Source: the human T2T-CHM13v2.0 reference genome, Homo sapiens. From it: a stretch of DNA of 64,000 bases. The translations under genes were made by a program, and so were the position numbers. This document shows positions 36,806-52,970 of the stretch, one piece after another (position 1 is the stretch's first letter; each line of letters begins with the position of its first letter). The notes beneath the pieces were generated by a model. The model did not search any database, was not told the DNA's origin, and saw only the letters and a program-made list of their open reading frames with translations. The stretch lies in NCBI RefSeq assembly GCF_009914755.1, contig NC_060939.1, one strand, 5' to 3'.

Positions 36806-37404
36806 CTATTAGGTCTGCCTGCTGCAGAGCTGAGTTCATTTCCTGGGTATCCTTGTTAACTTTCTGTGTCGTTGATCTGTCTAACATTGACAGTGGGGTG
36901 TTAAAGTCTCCCATTATTAATGTGTGGGAGTCTAAGTCTCTTTGTAGGTCACTCAGGACTTGCTTTATGAATCTTGGTGCTCCTGTATTGGGTGCATATA
37001 TATTTAGGATAGTTAGCTCTTCTTGTTGAATTGATCCCTTTACCATTATGTAATGGCCTTCTTTGTCTCTTTTGATCTTTGCTGGTTTAAAGTCTGTTTT
37101 ATCAGAGACTAGGATTGCAACCCCTGCCTTTTTTTGTTTTCCATTTGCTTGGTAGATCTTCCTCCATCCCTTTATTTTGAGCCTATGTGTGTCTCTGCAC
37201 ATGAGATGGGTTTCCTGAATACAGCACACTGATGGGTCTTGACTCTTTATCCAATTTGCCAGTCTGTGTCTTTTAATTGGAGCATTTAGCCCACTGACAT
37301 TTAAAGTTAATATTGTTATGTGTGTATTTGGTCCTGTCATTATGATGTTAGCTGGTTATTTTGATCGTTAGTTGATGCAGTTTTCTTCCTAGCCTTGATG
37401 GTCT

Positions 37405-38421
37405 TTACATTTTGGCATGTTTTTGCAGTGGCTGGTACCAGTTGTTCCTTTCCATGTTAAGTTCTTCCTTTAAGAGCTCTTTTAGGGCAGACCTGGTGGT
37501 GACAAAATCTCTCAGCATTTGCTTGTCTGTAAAGTATTTTATTTCTCCTTCACTTATGAAGCTTAGTTTGGCTGGATATGAAATTCTGGGTTGAAAATTC
37601 TTTTCTTTAAGAATGTTGAATATTGGCCCCAACTCTCTTCTGGCTTGTAGAGTTTCTGCCGTGAGATCAGCTGTTAGTCTGATGGGTTTCCCTTTGTGGG
37701 TTACCCGACCTTTCTCTCTGTCTGCGCTTAACATTTTTTCCTGCATTTCAACTTTGGTGAATCTGATAATTATGTGTCTTGGAGCTGCTCTTCTCGAGGA
37801 GTATCTTTGTGGCGTTCTCTGTATTTCCTGAATCTGAATGTTTGCCTGCCTTGCTAGATTGGGGAAGTTCTCCTGGAAAATATCCTGCAGAGTGTTTTCC
37901 AACTTGGTTCCATTCTCCCCATCACTTTCAGGTACACCAATCAGACGTAAATTTGGTCTTTTCACATAGTCCCATATTTCTTGGAGGCTTTGTTCATTTC
38001 TTTTTATTCTTTTTTCTCTAATCTTCCCTTCTCGCTTCATTTCATTCATTTCATCTTCCATCACTGATACCCTTTCTTCCAGTTGATTGCATCGGCTCCT
38101 GAGGCTTCTGCATTCTTCACGTAATTCTTGAGCCTTGGCTTTCAGCTCCATCAGCTCCTTTAAGGACTTCTCTGCGTTGATTATTCTAGTTATCCATTCA
38201 TCTAGTTTTTTTTCAAAGTTTTTAACTTCTTTGCCATTGGTTTGAATTTCCTCCTGTATCTCAGAGTAGTTTGATCGTCTGAAGCCTTCTTCTCTCAGCT
38301 CGTCAAAGTCATTCTCCGTCCAGCTTTGTTCCGTTGCTGGTGAGAAGGTGCGTTCCTTTGGAGGAGGAGAGGTGCTCTGCTTTTTAGTGTTTCCAGTTTT
38401 TCTGCTCTGTTTTTTCCCCAT
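37405..38421 (-). CDS. Intact L1 ORF1p (338 aa) of L1-D
   Basis: Full-length open frame with coiled coil, RPNLRLIGVPE, REKG, ARR and YPAKLS motifs. Confidence 0.88.
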   Translation of the reverse strand: MGKKQSRKTGNTKKQSTSPPPKERTFSPATEQSWTENDFDELREEGFRRSNYSEIQEEIQTNGKEVKNFEKKLDEWITRIINAEKSLKELMELKAKAQELREECRSLRSRCNQLEERVSVMEDEMNEMKREGKIREKRIKRNEQSLQEIWDYVKRPNLRLIGVPESDGENGTKLENTLQDIFQENFPNLARQANIQIQEIQRTPQRYSSRRAAPRHIIIRFTKVEMQEKMLSADREKGRVTHKGKPIRLTADLTAETLQARRELGPIFNILKEKNFQPRISYPAKLSFISEGEIKYFTDKQMLRDFVTTRSALKELLKEELNMERNNWYQPLQKHAKM

Positions 38422-38593
38422 CTTTGTGGCTTTATCTACTTTTGGTCTTTGATGATGGTGACGTACAGAAGGGTTTTTGGTGTGGATGTCCTTTCTGTTT
38501 GTTAGTTTTCCTTCTAACAGACAGGACCCTCAGCTGCAGGTCTGTTGGAGTTTGCTAGAGGTCCACTCCAGACTCTGTTTGCCTCAGTATCAG

Positions 38594-38648
38594 CAGCGGT
38601 GGCTGCAGAACAGCGGTGCCTGTAGAACAGCGGTGGCTGTAGAACAGC
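38594..38648. repeat. 17-nt tandem repeat x3 in the L1-D 5'UTR
   Basis: cagcggtggctgcagaa / cagcggtgcctgtagaa / cagcggtggctgtagaa / cagc. Confidence 0.9.
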
Positions 38649-39031
38649 AGATCTTGGTGAACCACAGATGCTGCTGCCTGATCTTTCCTCTGGAAGTTTT
38701 GTCTCAGAGGAGTACCTGGCCGTGTGAGGTGTCAGTCTGCCCCCACTTGGGGGTGCCTCCCAGTTAGGCTGCTCGGGGGTCAAGGACCCACTTGAGGAGG
38801 CAGTCTGCCCGTTCTCAGATCTCCAGCTGTGTGCTGGGAGAACCACTACTCTCTTCAAAGCTGTCAGACAGGGACATTTAAGTTTGCAGAGGTTACTGCT
38901 GTCTTTTTGTTTGTCTGTGCCCTGCCCCCAGAGGTGGAGCCTACAGAGGCAGGCAGGCCTCCTTGAGCTGTGGTGGGCTCCACCCAGTTCGAGCTTCCCG
39001 GCTGCTTTGTTTGCCTAATCAAGCCTGGGCA

Positions 39032-39277
39032 ATGGCAGGCGCCCCTCCCCCAGCCTCACTGCCACCTTGCAGTTTGATCTCAGACTGCTGTGCTAGCAAT
39101 CAGGGAGACTCCGTGGGCGTAGGACCCTCCGAGCCAGATGCGGGATATAATCTCCTGGTGTGCCGTTTTTTAAGCCCGTTGGAAAAGCACAGTATTCAGG
39201 TTGGAGTGAACCGATTTTCCAGGTGCCGTCTGTCACCCCTTTCTTTGACTAGGAAAGGGAATTCCCTGACCCCTTGA
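39032..39277 (+). CDS. L1 ORF0 of L1-D (open, 81 aa)
   Basis: ATG at 39032 in gcaATGG context; MAGAPPPASLPPCSLISDCCASNQGDSVGVGPSEP... Confidence 0.7.
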   Translation: MAGAPPPASLPPCSLISDCCASNQGDSVGVGPSEPDAGYNLLVCRFLSPLEKHSIQVGVNRFSRCRLSPLSLTRKGNSLTP

Positions 39278-39665
39278 GCTTCCCGAGTGAGGCAATGCCT
39301 TGCCCTGCTTCGGCCCACGCACAGTGCGCTGCACCCACTGTCCTGCACCCACTGTGTGGCACTCCCTAGTGAGATGAGCCTGGTACCTCAGATGGAAATG
39401 CAGAAATCACCCGTCTTCTGTGTTGCTCACGCTGGAAGCTGTAGACCAGAGCTGTTCGTATTTGGCCATCTTGGCTCCACCCCCCTGTATTTGTTTTAAA
39501 CCAATTTTGATCTCTATCTTGGAGGGAGATCCAGTTCATTAGAGATCATTCCTATGGATGCCTCTCCAACTTCTACACTAGATATTCATTTCTCACCTTA
39601 GACCTTTCAGATGATCCTCTGCAGTGAATTCTTATAATGTTATGCTTTCTTGGTACCTATTTTGA

Positions 39666-40508
39666 ATGTATGTTGGACTTTCTCATACCAGAAGCAGGGC
39701 TTAGTCATCCTTGAAAGTTTCCAGGTCTCCACCTCTTCCCAGGCCCTCAAAATGGTCGATCCAGAGATGTGCCTTATATAGCTGCCTCCTGGTGACCAAG
39801 TCCCTAAGGGACAGCTAGATGCAACCTACTTGACCCACCCTGCAGACCCTCACACCCAGCATGGACTGCTCAGATATGCTGCCATGACCACCCTTCACTC
39901 ACAGCATGGCCTCCTGTAACTTGTGCCTACCTGCTCTAACCCAACGAATTACAACTCCTTGTGGGGAACCTGCTGGGGTGATGGCCTGGACCCCATAAAG
40001 GCTTCAGCCCTCAGAGCCCACACTCCATCTATCTTGCTCCCCACCCGCTAGCGAGCACACAGGTCCTGACGGCTCCCCTAGTCCAGCGTGCTGCCCTCTT
40101 CTCTCCGGACCTGCGAGGAACTCACTGCTTCTGGTATTTCATAGGTTTTGTTGAGTGGCCTCCTCTGTGTCTCACTCGACCGACACACCTGAACCTAACT
40201 TCTTTCCAAATTCAGAACTGTCCTAAAGAGTGGCTATCTTGGTAGGCTAAATAAATAAATACACCAGACACAGACAAGAGACTCAAGGGTGTCTAAGAGG
40301 GTAAACAAGTCTCCCAGGAGAGACCTGGGCACAGGTCAGACACAGGGATTCTGCCATCCACCAGGATAAAGAAGTACCCCGTGAAGGCACATCATAAACA
40401 TGCACAACCACCTCCCCTGGAGCCCCGTCAGGGCAGGGCTGGACTTCACAGCCACTCTACAGAGAGAGGGAGACCTCAAAAGCAAACTAAAAAGAGAAAA
40501 ATGCAACC
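39666..40508 (+). mobile_element. Old solo LTR (ERVL class, MER54/MER74-like)
   Basis: Resembles recalled LTR text (ccaccaggataaagaagta...gccccgtcagggcagggct...gccactct); boundaries approximate. Confidence 0.5.
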
Positions 40509-42311
40509 CCCTCTCTCTGCCACTGCTGACAAAAGCCAGTCTATGGCAGTTTAAACACAGCAAGCAAACCAGCCATGACCTCGCGTTGGGTGTCTCCTCT
40601 TCCACGACGTTTCTCTACACACACTCTTCCCAGGGCACCTGGACCTACTCCCTGCCTTTACACAGCATACATGTCCCTGCCAGCAAGCCACAGCACGTGC
40701 TCTGTGTTCTGCCGGGATGTTCTCCACCCGTCTCCACCCACCATGCCTCTGTCTGTCAAGGCCTTCCTTCACGGAGCTCTGTGCATGCTCATGGCCGGAG
40801 TTCCCTCCTTATCCCTCAAGGCCTCCCTTCCTACAGGCTTCTCCCGGCACAGTGCCCATCTGCCCTGTATACAGCAGGCAATGTTCCTGCAGGTCTGCAC
40901 CAGGGCATGAGTGCCGATGACAGCGATGGAGTCCCGTTCCCCTGTGCTTCACAGAGCAGGGGCTGCCCCACACAGAAACCGCCCAAGGCTTCCCCAGTGT
41001 CCTCGCCTCAGTCTGGGGCCCTTTTTTCCTGAAGGTTTCTATCGGGCTCTGACTGAAACCTTTAACCAAAGGGAGTGTGAAGCAGGACAGAAGGACAGCA
41101 AGCTTTCCTCAAGGTTGGGACCCTGGGGACGCAGACAGGACTCTTCCCACCTTCTGGAACCTGCCTCTGGCACCCAACCATTCCCAGTCTTACTGGATGT
41201 GACAGGAAGGAAATCAGCTCTAACTTCAGTTCCACCTTAAACTCCAAAGACACCATCAGCAAGTCCTAGGTCCTTAGTGGTTCTTGGTTTCTGCCTTCTA
41301 AAGCAAGGGGTTTGAGCCCCTCCAAGTCTGTGACTGAAGCTTTTAAACCCCAAGCAAAGCTCCATTCATAGTCCTTCTTGGCAAGTTTTGACCCACTGCT
41401 AGTCCTTCCCTATCTAGAAAGACTCTCCTTTGTTTTGACCCCAAGTAGCCCCCATTTCCTCTTAGGAAAACCTGGTACTAAATACGGCACTACCTTGGTG
41501 CTCCTGGGACCTACAGGTCACCTTGCTCACTGCCCTCAATTTTACAGATGAGAAAACAGAGCAAGAAGATCAAGAAACTTGTTGAAGATTGCACAGTAAA
41601 TTAGTAAGACCTAGGGCTAGCGGAGCAAATAATATTTCCTGCCTGAAAACACAAAGACCTCCCATCCAAGCATCCTTCCCAGCAGCCAATGGAACCAGGC
41701 GGGGAGAGACCTGGGGGCAGAGAGCCCCGACACTGCCTTGCCGCTGCACTGAGGATGGCACCTGGTGCTTCCAGGGAGGGTGTATGAAGGCGCTAACTCC
41801 AACCTGGATGTTTTAGAAAGCAGACAGTGGGGCATGTACTACAACTCTCTTATTCAACATAAAAGAATGCAAATGATAAAATTCTAAGATGCCTAAGTGG
41901 GGTTTGAAAAAGTCGATGTAACTGGAGGTTAAATGTGACATGTGAAACCCACAAGCAAGTGAAGATCTGAAAACTGTCTTGTTAATTCACTTCAGGCTGC
42001 CCAGTTTTTGTAGGGACAGCTGTGGCTACAAACGGGGGCCATGTGGGAAGGGCACTCTCCCTGCACTGTCACCTGCATGCCCAGGATTGGCAAGGAGAGC
42101 CACTGCCCCCCACTTGCCAGCTGGTCTCCGGCAGCATGAAAACAGGGGGCGTGGCAGTTCCTGCCATAAAGAGGAAAATGATACACCTTATCCCAGACGC
42201 CAGGTGCTGTCTGCATCAGTCCTTTTAAAAATTTAATCGCTTTATACAATTGACACCAAATAAAATGCACATATTTAAGTTTATAATTTGAGAAGCTGAC
42301 ACGTGTCCATA

Positions 42312-45014
<2,703 letters not shown>

Positions 45015-45064
45015 TTATCACTGCAAGATACCATACATATATACCACTCTCAAAAGATTCCTCA

Positions 45065-45344
<280 letters not shown>

Positions 45345-46319
45345 TCAGCTGCTTTGTAATCCCCACTGCTCACTGCTGCCCTCAGCCCTGTCTGAGGCAA
45401 TCACTGACCTGCATTCCATCGCTATAGATCACTATGCATTTCCTAGACTTTACATAAGTGGAATTGCACAATATGTAGTTTTTTTTTGTCTCACTTCTTT
45501 CACTTCATGTAATTATTTTGAGAGTCATCTCTGTTGTTGCACGTTATCAATAATTCACTCCTTTGGATTGAGAGCCGAGTAGCATTCCAGTGTATGTATC
45601 TACCACCATTTGTTTACCCGTTTACCTGTGATGGGTATTTAGGTTGCTTCCAGTTTTTTAGCCCTCACTAAGAATGCCAAAAACATCTGTGTACAAGCTT
45701 TGCTATGGGCAAAGGCTTTCGGTTTTCTTAAGTAAATAAATAGGAGTAAAATTTGCTGGATTGTACACTAGGTACATGTCTAATTTTGAAGAACTTGCTG
45801 AATTGTTTTCTAAAGTGGCTGCACCACTTTCCATTCAAAACCAGCAGCGTACAAATTTACCAGTTTTTCCACATCCTTGCTGAGATTTGGTATGCTCAGT
45901 ATTGTTGGTTTTAGTCATTCTCATAGGTGTGTAGTGCTATCTCATTCTGGCTTTAAGTTACATTTCCCTAAGGATTAATGATGTTGAGCATCTTTTCACC
46001 TGCTTATTTGCTATCCATGTATCTTCTTTGGTGAAGTCTGTTCAAAGCTTTTGCTTATTTTTAATTGGATAGTTTTTACAAAAATAATTGAGTCATGAGA
46101 ACTCTTTACATATTCTAGAAACAAGTACTTTACCAGATATATGATTTGCAGTATTTTCTTCCAACTTGCAGTTTATCTTTTCATTCTCTTAACACTATCC
46201 TCAAAAAGCAGTTTAAGTTTTTAATGAAGTCCAATTTATTAATTTTTCTTTTATGGATTGTTCATGGGGTATCATGTCTAGAAAATCTTTTCCTAAGACA
46301 AGGTTAAAAAGATTTTCTC

Positions 46320-46641
46320 ATGAATTAATGGCATTTGAGCGACCTGGATGAGACTGGAGACTATTATTCTAAGTGAAGTAACTCAGGAATGGAAAACCAA
46401 ACATCGTATGTTCTGACTTATAAGTGGCAGCTAAGCTATGAGGATGCAAAGGCAGAAGAATGACACAATGGACTTTGAGGACTCAGGGATAAAAGACTAC
46501 AAATAGGGTTCAGTGTATACTGCTCGGGTGATGGGTGCACCAAAATCTCACAAATCCCCACTAAAGAACTTACTCATGTAACCAAACACCACCTGTACCC
46601 CAATAACCTACGGAAATAAAAAAAAATAATAAAAATAAAAT
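46320..46641 (+). mobile_element. 5'-truncated L1PB 3' end
   Basis: Matches the L1-B 3' end; TSD aaaaagattttctc at 46306-46319 and 46642-46655. Confidence 0.9.
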
Positions 46642-47213
46642 AAAAAGATTTTCTCCTGTGTTTTTTTCTAGAAGACTTTTTTAGCTTTAGGTTTTATATT
46701 TAGGGATACCATCCATTTTAAGGTAATTTTTGCATATGAGTGAGATGTAAACCAAAGTTCATTTCTTTTGCATATGAAAATCCAATTATCCCACAATTTG
46801 TTGAAAAGATTATTTTTTGCACTGAATTACTTTTGTATGCTTATTGAAGACCAGTTGTCCACATATGTGAACTATTTCTTAACTTTCCAATTTGTTTCAT
46901 TGATCTAATTCTCTACATTAAAAAAACTACTTTATTGTATATATTAAGGTATATGATATGATGTTCTGATACACTTATACATAGTGAAATGGTTATTATA
47001 GTCAAGCACATTAGCTTATTCATCATTTCACGGTTACCCCTTTGTGCATATGTGTGTGTATGTGTGTGTGTATGTGTGTGTGCCTTGAAAGCAAATTTTC
47101 TAGTACACTATGCAATATTATTAATGATAGTCTTCATGTTGAACATTTGATCAACATCACAGTTTTGATTACTGTACTCTTATGAGTTTTAATATCAGGT
47201 ATTGTCAGACTTC

Positions 47214-47587
47214 TGATATAGTTTGGCTCTATGTCCCCACCCAAATCTCACTTTGAATTGAAATCCCCATAATCCCCACGTGTCAAGGGCATGAGTGGGT
47301 GGAGGTCATTGGATCATGGGGGCAGTTTCCCCCATCCTGTTCTTGTGAATAATGAGTGAGTCTCACGAGATGTGAAGGTTTTATAAGTGTCTGGCCTCTC
47401 CCCTGCTTGCACTCACTCCATCCTGCTGCCCTGTGAAGAAGGTGCCTGCTTCTCCTTTGTCTTCCACCATGACTGTAAGTTTCCTGAGGCCTCCCCAGTA
47501 ATGTGGAACTGTGAGTCAACTAAGCCTCTTTCCTTTATAAATTACCCAGTCTTGGGTATTTCTTCATAGCAATGTGAGAACAAATAT
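47214..47587 (+). mobile_element. THE1/MST MaLR solo LTR
   Basis: tgatatagtttggctct...ccccacccaaatctca...gtaagtttcctgaggcctccccag...aaattacccagtct. Confidence 0.9.
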
Positions 47588-49361
47588 GCTTTCTAACTTT
47601 ATTCCAATTTTTCAAAGTTTGTTTTGTTTATTCTCTGTCCTGGGATTTATGTATGAATTTTAAAGTCAACTTGTTAATTTCTACATAAAAAGCTGGCTTG
47701 GATTGTTATTGAGATTATACTGAATTTAAAGCAATCTAGGGAGAACCAACATCTCAACAATATTGAGTCTTTTGACCCATGGATATGGTACATTTAACCC
47801 TTTATTTAGGTTTTTCATCTCTTTAAGCAATGTTTTGAAGTTTCAGTTGTAAATTTATTCATATTTTATATTTTTGGATGCTACTGAATAAAGTATTTTT
47901 AAAATTTATTTTAAAAAATAATGCAATTATTCATTGCAATTGTAAAAATGCAATTGATTTCTCTATATTGGTTTTGTATCTTACAACACTGCTAACTTCA
48001 CTTACTAGTTCCAAAAAATGCTTTTAAATTCCATTAGATATTCTACATATGTCATCATGTCACCTGTGAATAAAGATAGTTTGCTTCTTCTTTTCCAATC
48101 TGGGTGCTTTTTAATTATAATTTATTGTTTGACTGCACTGGCCAGAATGTCCAGGAAAATGTTGGATAGAAGTAGTGAAAGGGCGCATTCTTATCTCCCT
48201 CTTGATCTTTGGGGAAAAGCTTTCTTTCATCACTAGGTGTCAGGTTAGCTGTAGGCTTTTTTGTAAATACTTTATATAAGATTGAGGAAGTTTTCTTCTA
48301 TTCCTAGTTTTCTGAGTGTTTTCTAAAAATCAAGGACGAATGTGGATTTTACCAAAAGCTCTTTCTGCATTTACTGAGATGATTGTATACCTTCTGTTTC
48401 TCAGTATGTTAATATGGAAAATTATGTTGACTGATTTTTGAATGTTAAACTAGTTTTGCATTCTTGGGATAAAACCCACTTGGTCATGAGGTAGTATCCT
48501 TTTTATATGCTGCCAAATTCGATTTGCTAAAATCTTTTTCAGTGTTTTCACACTTTTCTTCATGAGGAATATTTGTCTGTAGTCTTTCTTGGTTTTGTAT
48601 TAGGGTAATGCTGGCGCAAAGAATGAATGAGTTGGGAAGTATAACCCCTTTTCAATTTCCTGGAAGAGCTGGTATAATTTTTTCTTTATATGTGTGGTAG
48701 AATTTACCAATGAAGCTATAGATGCTTGCAGTTATCTTTGTGAGAAAGTTTTCAACTACAACTTAGATTTCTTTAATAAATATAGACCTATTCAAATCAT
48801 TTTTTTTTTTTCTTGCATAGGCTTTGGTATTTTGTACCTTTCAAATAATTTGTGAATTTCATTTAACTTGCTGCATTTATTGGCATAGAATTGTTTATAA
48901 TATTCCTTTATAATCCTTTTAATATCTTGAGAATCTGTACTGAGGTCATCTCTTTCATTCTTGATATTGTTAATTTGTATCTTCTTTTTCCTCTGATTAT
49001 GTGGCTATGGGTTTATCAATTTTATTGATCTCAAAGAACCCACTTTTGGTTTCACTGACTTTCTCTACTATTTTTCCATTTACTATTTCACTGTTTTTTG
49101 TTCTGGTCTTTATTATTTCATTTCTTCTGTCTGGGTTTAATTTGCTCTTTTTTTTTCTAGTTTTCAAGATAAAAATTAAGGTAACTGATTTGAGGCCCTG
49201 CTTCTTTTCTAATAGAGGTGTTTAACTTATACATTTTCTTATAGGTACTGTTTCCTTGAATCATTTTTTCCTATTGTTCATGCCTCTCCTTCAAGGATTC
49301 CAATTACACTTATTTTAGGCTGCTTACATTTTTCCACAGCTCACAGATGCTTTAATTTTTA

Positions 49362-49495
49362 ATTATTTTTTCTTTTTTAGAGATGAGGGTCTCATTATGT
49401 AGCCCAGGCTAGCCTCAAACTCCTGGGCTCAAGCAATAATTCTGCTTCAACCTCCCAAGTAGCTGGGATTGCGGGCATGCACCACTGCACCTGGC
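49362..49495 (-). mobile_element. Alu monomer (FLAM-like)
   Basis: Single Alu arm with T-rich tail. Confidence 0.75.
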
Positions 49496-50012
49496 TTTCA
49501 CTGATGCCTTTAATATTTCTTTACTTCTATTTTTTTCTGTGTTTCATTTTGGATATTTTCCATTGCTATGTCTTCATGTTCACTAACCTTTCTCTTTTTT
49601 TTGTATTAAGCAATGTGCTGTTAATTCCACTGAGTTACTTTTTCATCTCAGATGTAGTCTTCATCTCTGGAAGTTCAACTCAGGCTTTAAAAAGTATCTT
49701 CCATAACTTTACTTAAACATCTGAACAGCATGTCAGTATGTACCTTATTCTATTCTATAGAGTACAGTTATAATAACTTTTAGTGCCCTTGTCTGATAAT
49801 TTTAACATCTCTAGCAGTTCTGGTTTGACTTTGATTGAACAGTTTCTCCTCATTATGGGTCCTATGTTCCTGCTACTTTGCATTCCTGATAACTTCTGAT
49901 TGAGTGCCAGACAGCAAGACTTTTACATTATTTGGTGCTGGACAAGTTTATATTTCTATAAATATTATTGAGCTTTGTTGTAGAATGAAGTTACATTTCT
50001 TGGAAATACTTT

Positions 50013-50626
50013 TGAGAGAGGAGGTAAAAAGAGACCAGCTAGGCAGATAGTTAGGGCAGAGAGTCCTTGGCAGAACTTCCCTTCTAACAAAAAGCAGCCC
50101 AGGAAATCACTCCTCTTCTAATAGAAAGCAGCCTGGAAGACCGGGCTGCAAACAGATAAGGAAGCTGGAGCTTGCACGGGGGGATGCTTGCAGCTGCACA
50201 GACAGAAAGGGGTACCTGGGGCCAGGTGTGTCCACCATGGAGGCTCCACCTCCCCCTTTGAAGCACATACACAGTAGGAAAGCAACGTGGAGTAGCTCAG
50301 GCAAAAGACCTGCCTGTATAATAAAAGGGTGGGGTGGGGGATGCCAGAGATTCATGCTCTACGCAGATGGCACACCTGGGGTTTTTCACACCCTATGTAG
50401 GTAAGATAACACCTCACCTCCCCACTAGCTAGCTTATAAAAACCCTTGCATTTCACTGCTGAATGGCAACGCTTTTGGGGATCCCTCTCTGCTGCAGAGA
50501 GCTGTTATCTTTCTTTTGCCTAATAAACTTCTGCTTCTGCTCTAACCTCACCCTTGGTGTGGCCGTGTCCTTGACTTCCTTGGCTGTGAGATCAAGAACT
50601 TTGGATCAGGCAATGAGGCCATTTCA
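50013..50626 (+). mobile_element. ERV1 solo LTR (MER50-like)
   Basis: TG...CA termini, TATA-like ttataaaa, AATAAA near 50522, near-TSD cttt/ctgt. Confidence 0.75.
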
Positions 50627-50687
50627 CTGTGATCCTTGTGGATCTTGCTTCTTGCTTTTAAGGTTCATTAGGTATGATCAGAGTGAT

Positions 50688-50990
50688 TTATTTACTTTTA
50701 TTTTTTTAGAGTCAGGGTCTTAGTGTTGCCTAGGCTGGAGTCAGCAGTGTGATCATAGCTCACCATAACCTCGAACTCTTGGGCTCAAGTGATCTCCTCA
50801 ACTCAGCCTCCTGAGTAGCCAGGACCACAGGTATATGCCACCATGCCCAGCTAATTTTTAGAAGATTTTTGTAGAGACAGAGGTCTTGCTATGTTGTTCA
50901 GGCTGGTCTTGAACTCTTGTCCTCAAGCGATCCTCCTGGCTTGGCCTCCCAAAGTGTTGGGATTACAGGTATGAGCTACTGTGTCTAGCC
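50688..50990 (-). mobile_element. AluJ-type SINE
   Basis: Diverged antisense Alu dimer. Confidence 0.88.
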
Positions 50991-52480
50991 CTAGAAAAGT
51001 TTTCATTACAGGGCTAATTATTCCCAATTACTGAGGCAAGATCCTTCTAGGTATTATATTCAGTGCTTGTCCAGCCTGGCTGGTGAGCACAGGCACTTTC
51101 CATGGCTCTGTATCAGCCCCAGGCACTGTTTCCTCTAATCCTCTCAGGTGGTTCTCTCCCCAGCTGCACACAGCTTCCTCACACACAGGCACTGATCGGC
51201 ACTTGGCTGAGTGGCAGAGGCAAACCCTCTGTGAATCGCTGCAGTTCTCTCTGTGTAGCTGTCTCCGCTCTCAGGCTCTGACCTGTGGACTCCAGCCTCC
51301 TGGACTCCTGGGACTCTAAGCTCTGTCTCCTTCCACTGTGGAGTCAGGCAAGCTTCCTCTGGGTTCCCCCTCCCTGTACCACGGATTAGAAACTTTCTCA
51401 AGGCAGTGAGCTGGGCAATTACAGGACTAACCTTGTTTGTTTCCAATCTCTTGGGGACTACTGTCCTTTACTGTCTAATGTTCAGTGTCTTGTTTATCAT
51501 ATTTGTCTTTTTCTTTTTCAGGCAGGAGGGCACACCCACATTCTGATACTTCATCTTGGCTGGAAGTGGAAGTTTCCTGGTGCTGTCTGTTTTAAAACTT
51601 TTTATTATGGAAACATTCGTACATCACTTATAATAAACCTGTTTGCATCTACTATCCAGGTTTAATCAAAATCAACTCATGGATAATATTGTTTCATCTC
51701 CTCTCCCACCCATTCGCCTGTCCCCAGAAAACCCCTGCATGATATTACTTCATCCATCCACGTCAGTATGTATCTTATTTTTCTTAGCACTATCATAATA
51801 AAAATATCATATCTAAAAGTAGTTATTCTTTAATATCAAATATCCAGTAAATGTTAAGTGCTCACATTTCCCAGATTGTCTTATAATTTTTCTTTTTTAG
51901 TTTGTTGGAATCAGTATTCAAATAATGTGCATACATTATCACTGTTTGACAGATCTCTTAAGCCTTTTTTAATCTACAGCACAGGTTGGCAAACTACTGC
52001 CCATAGGCTGGCTGGCTGCCTGTTTTATAAATAAAAGTTTTGTTAGAACACAGCTGCCTATAGATTGCTTTAGGCAGGAAGGACCTTGAAGGCAGGGCCT
52101 ACTCTTCTTTCTTCCTGGGTCTCCCACACTCAGCCCAGAGGCCCTCAACGCCTGCTTGGAGATTGGAAACATGAAGGTTTGGCTTAAGTGGGAGTTCTTA
52201 ATATGCAGCAGCCTCCTCTTTCCTGCCTAATCAAAGAAAATAGTTTAAATTGATTTCAGTTCGCACAGCCAATTTTTTATCTTAAAAAGTGTTTAACGAC
52301 ATGACTCTGAATCTGAGGGCTTCTGGTTGTTTTTTTGCTCCTTCCCTCTTCAGCTTACGCCCACATTACTGAGTGCCCACTCAGGACAGCTCATCCACAG
52401 GGCTGGGGCTCTCAGCCATGTGAAAGGGAATGGCATGGAATTCCTGGACCTCAGGGAGCCCTGGAGTGGTGGGCACATAA

Positions 52481-52970
<490 letters not shown>

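Larger units (their letters stand above)
45348..51570 (-). mobile_element. Old L1M hosting further insertions (its 3' tip lies at about 42230-42310, left of Tigger1)
   Basis: Continuous decayed antisense L1 3'UTR, ORF2 and 5' sequence between the younger inserts. Confidence 0.7.

Noticed and set aside
38594-38648. CRISPR-like repeat array
   Set aside because: Direct tandem units with no spacers, inside a LINE-1 in mammalian DNA.
40400-41032. 210-aa plus-strand ORF
   Set aside because: Starts in LTR-like sequence, is Ser/Pro/Leu-rich with no recognisable domain, and overlaps similar chance ORFs.
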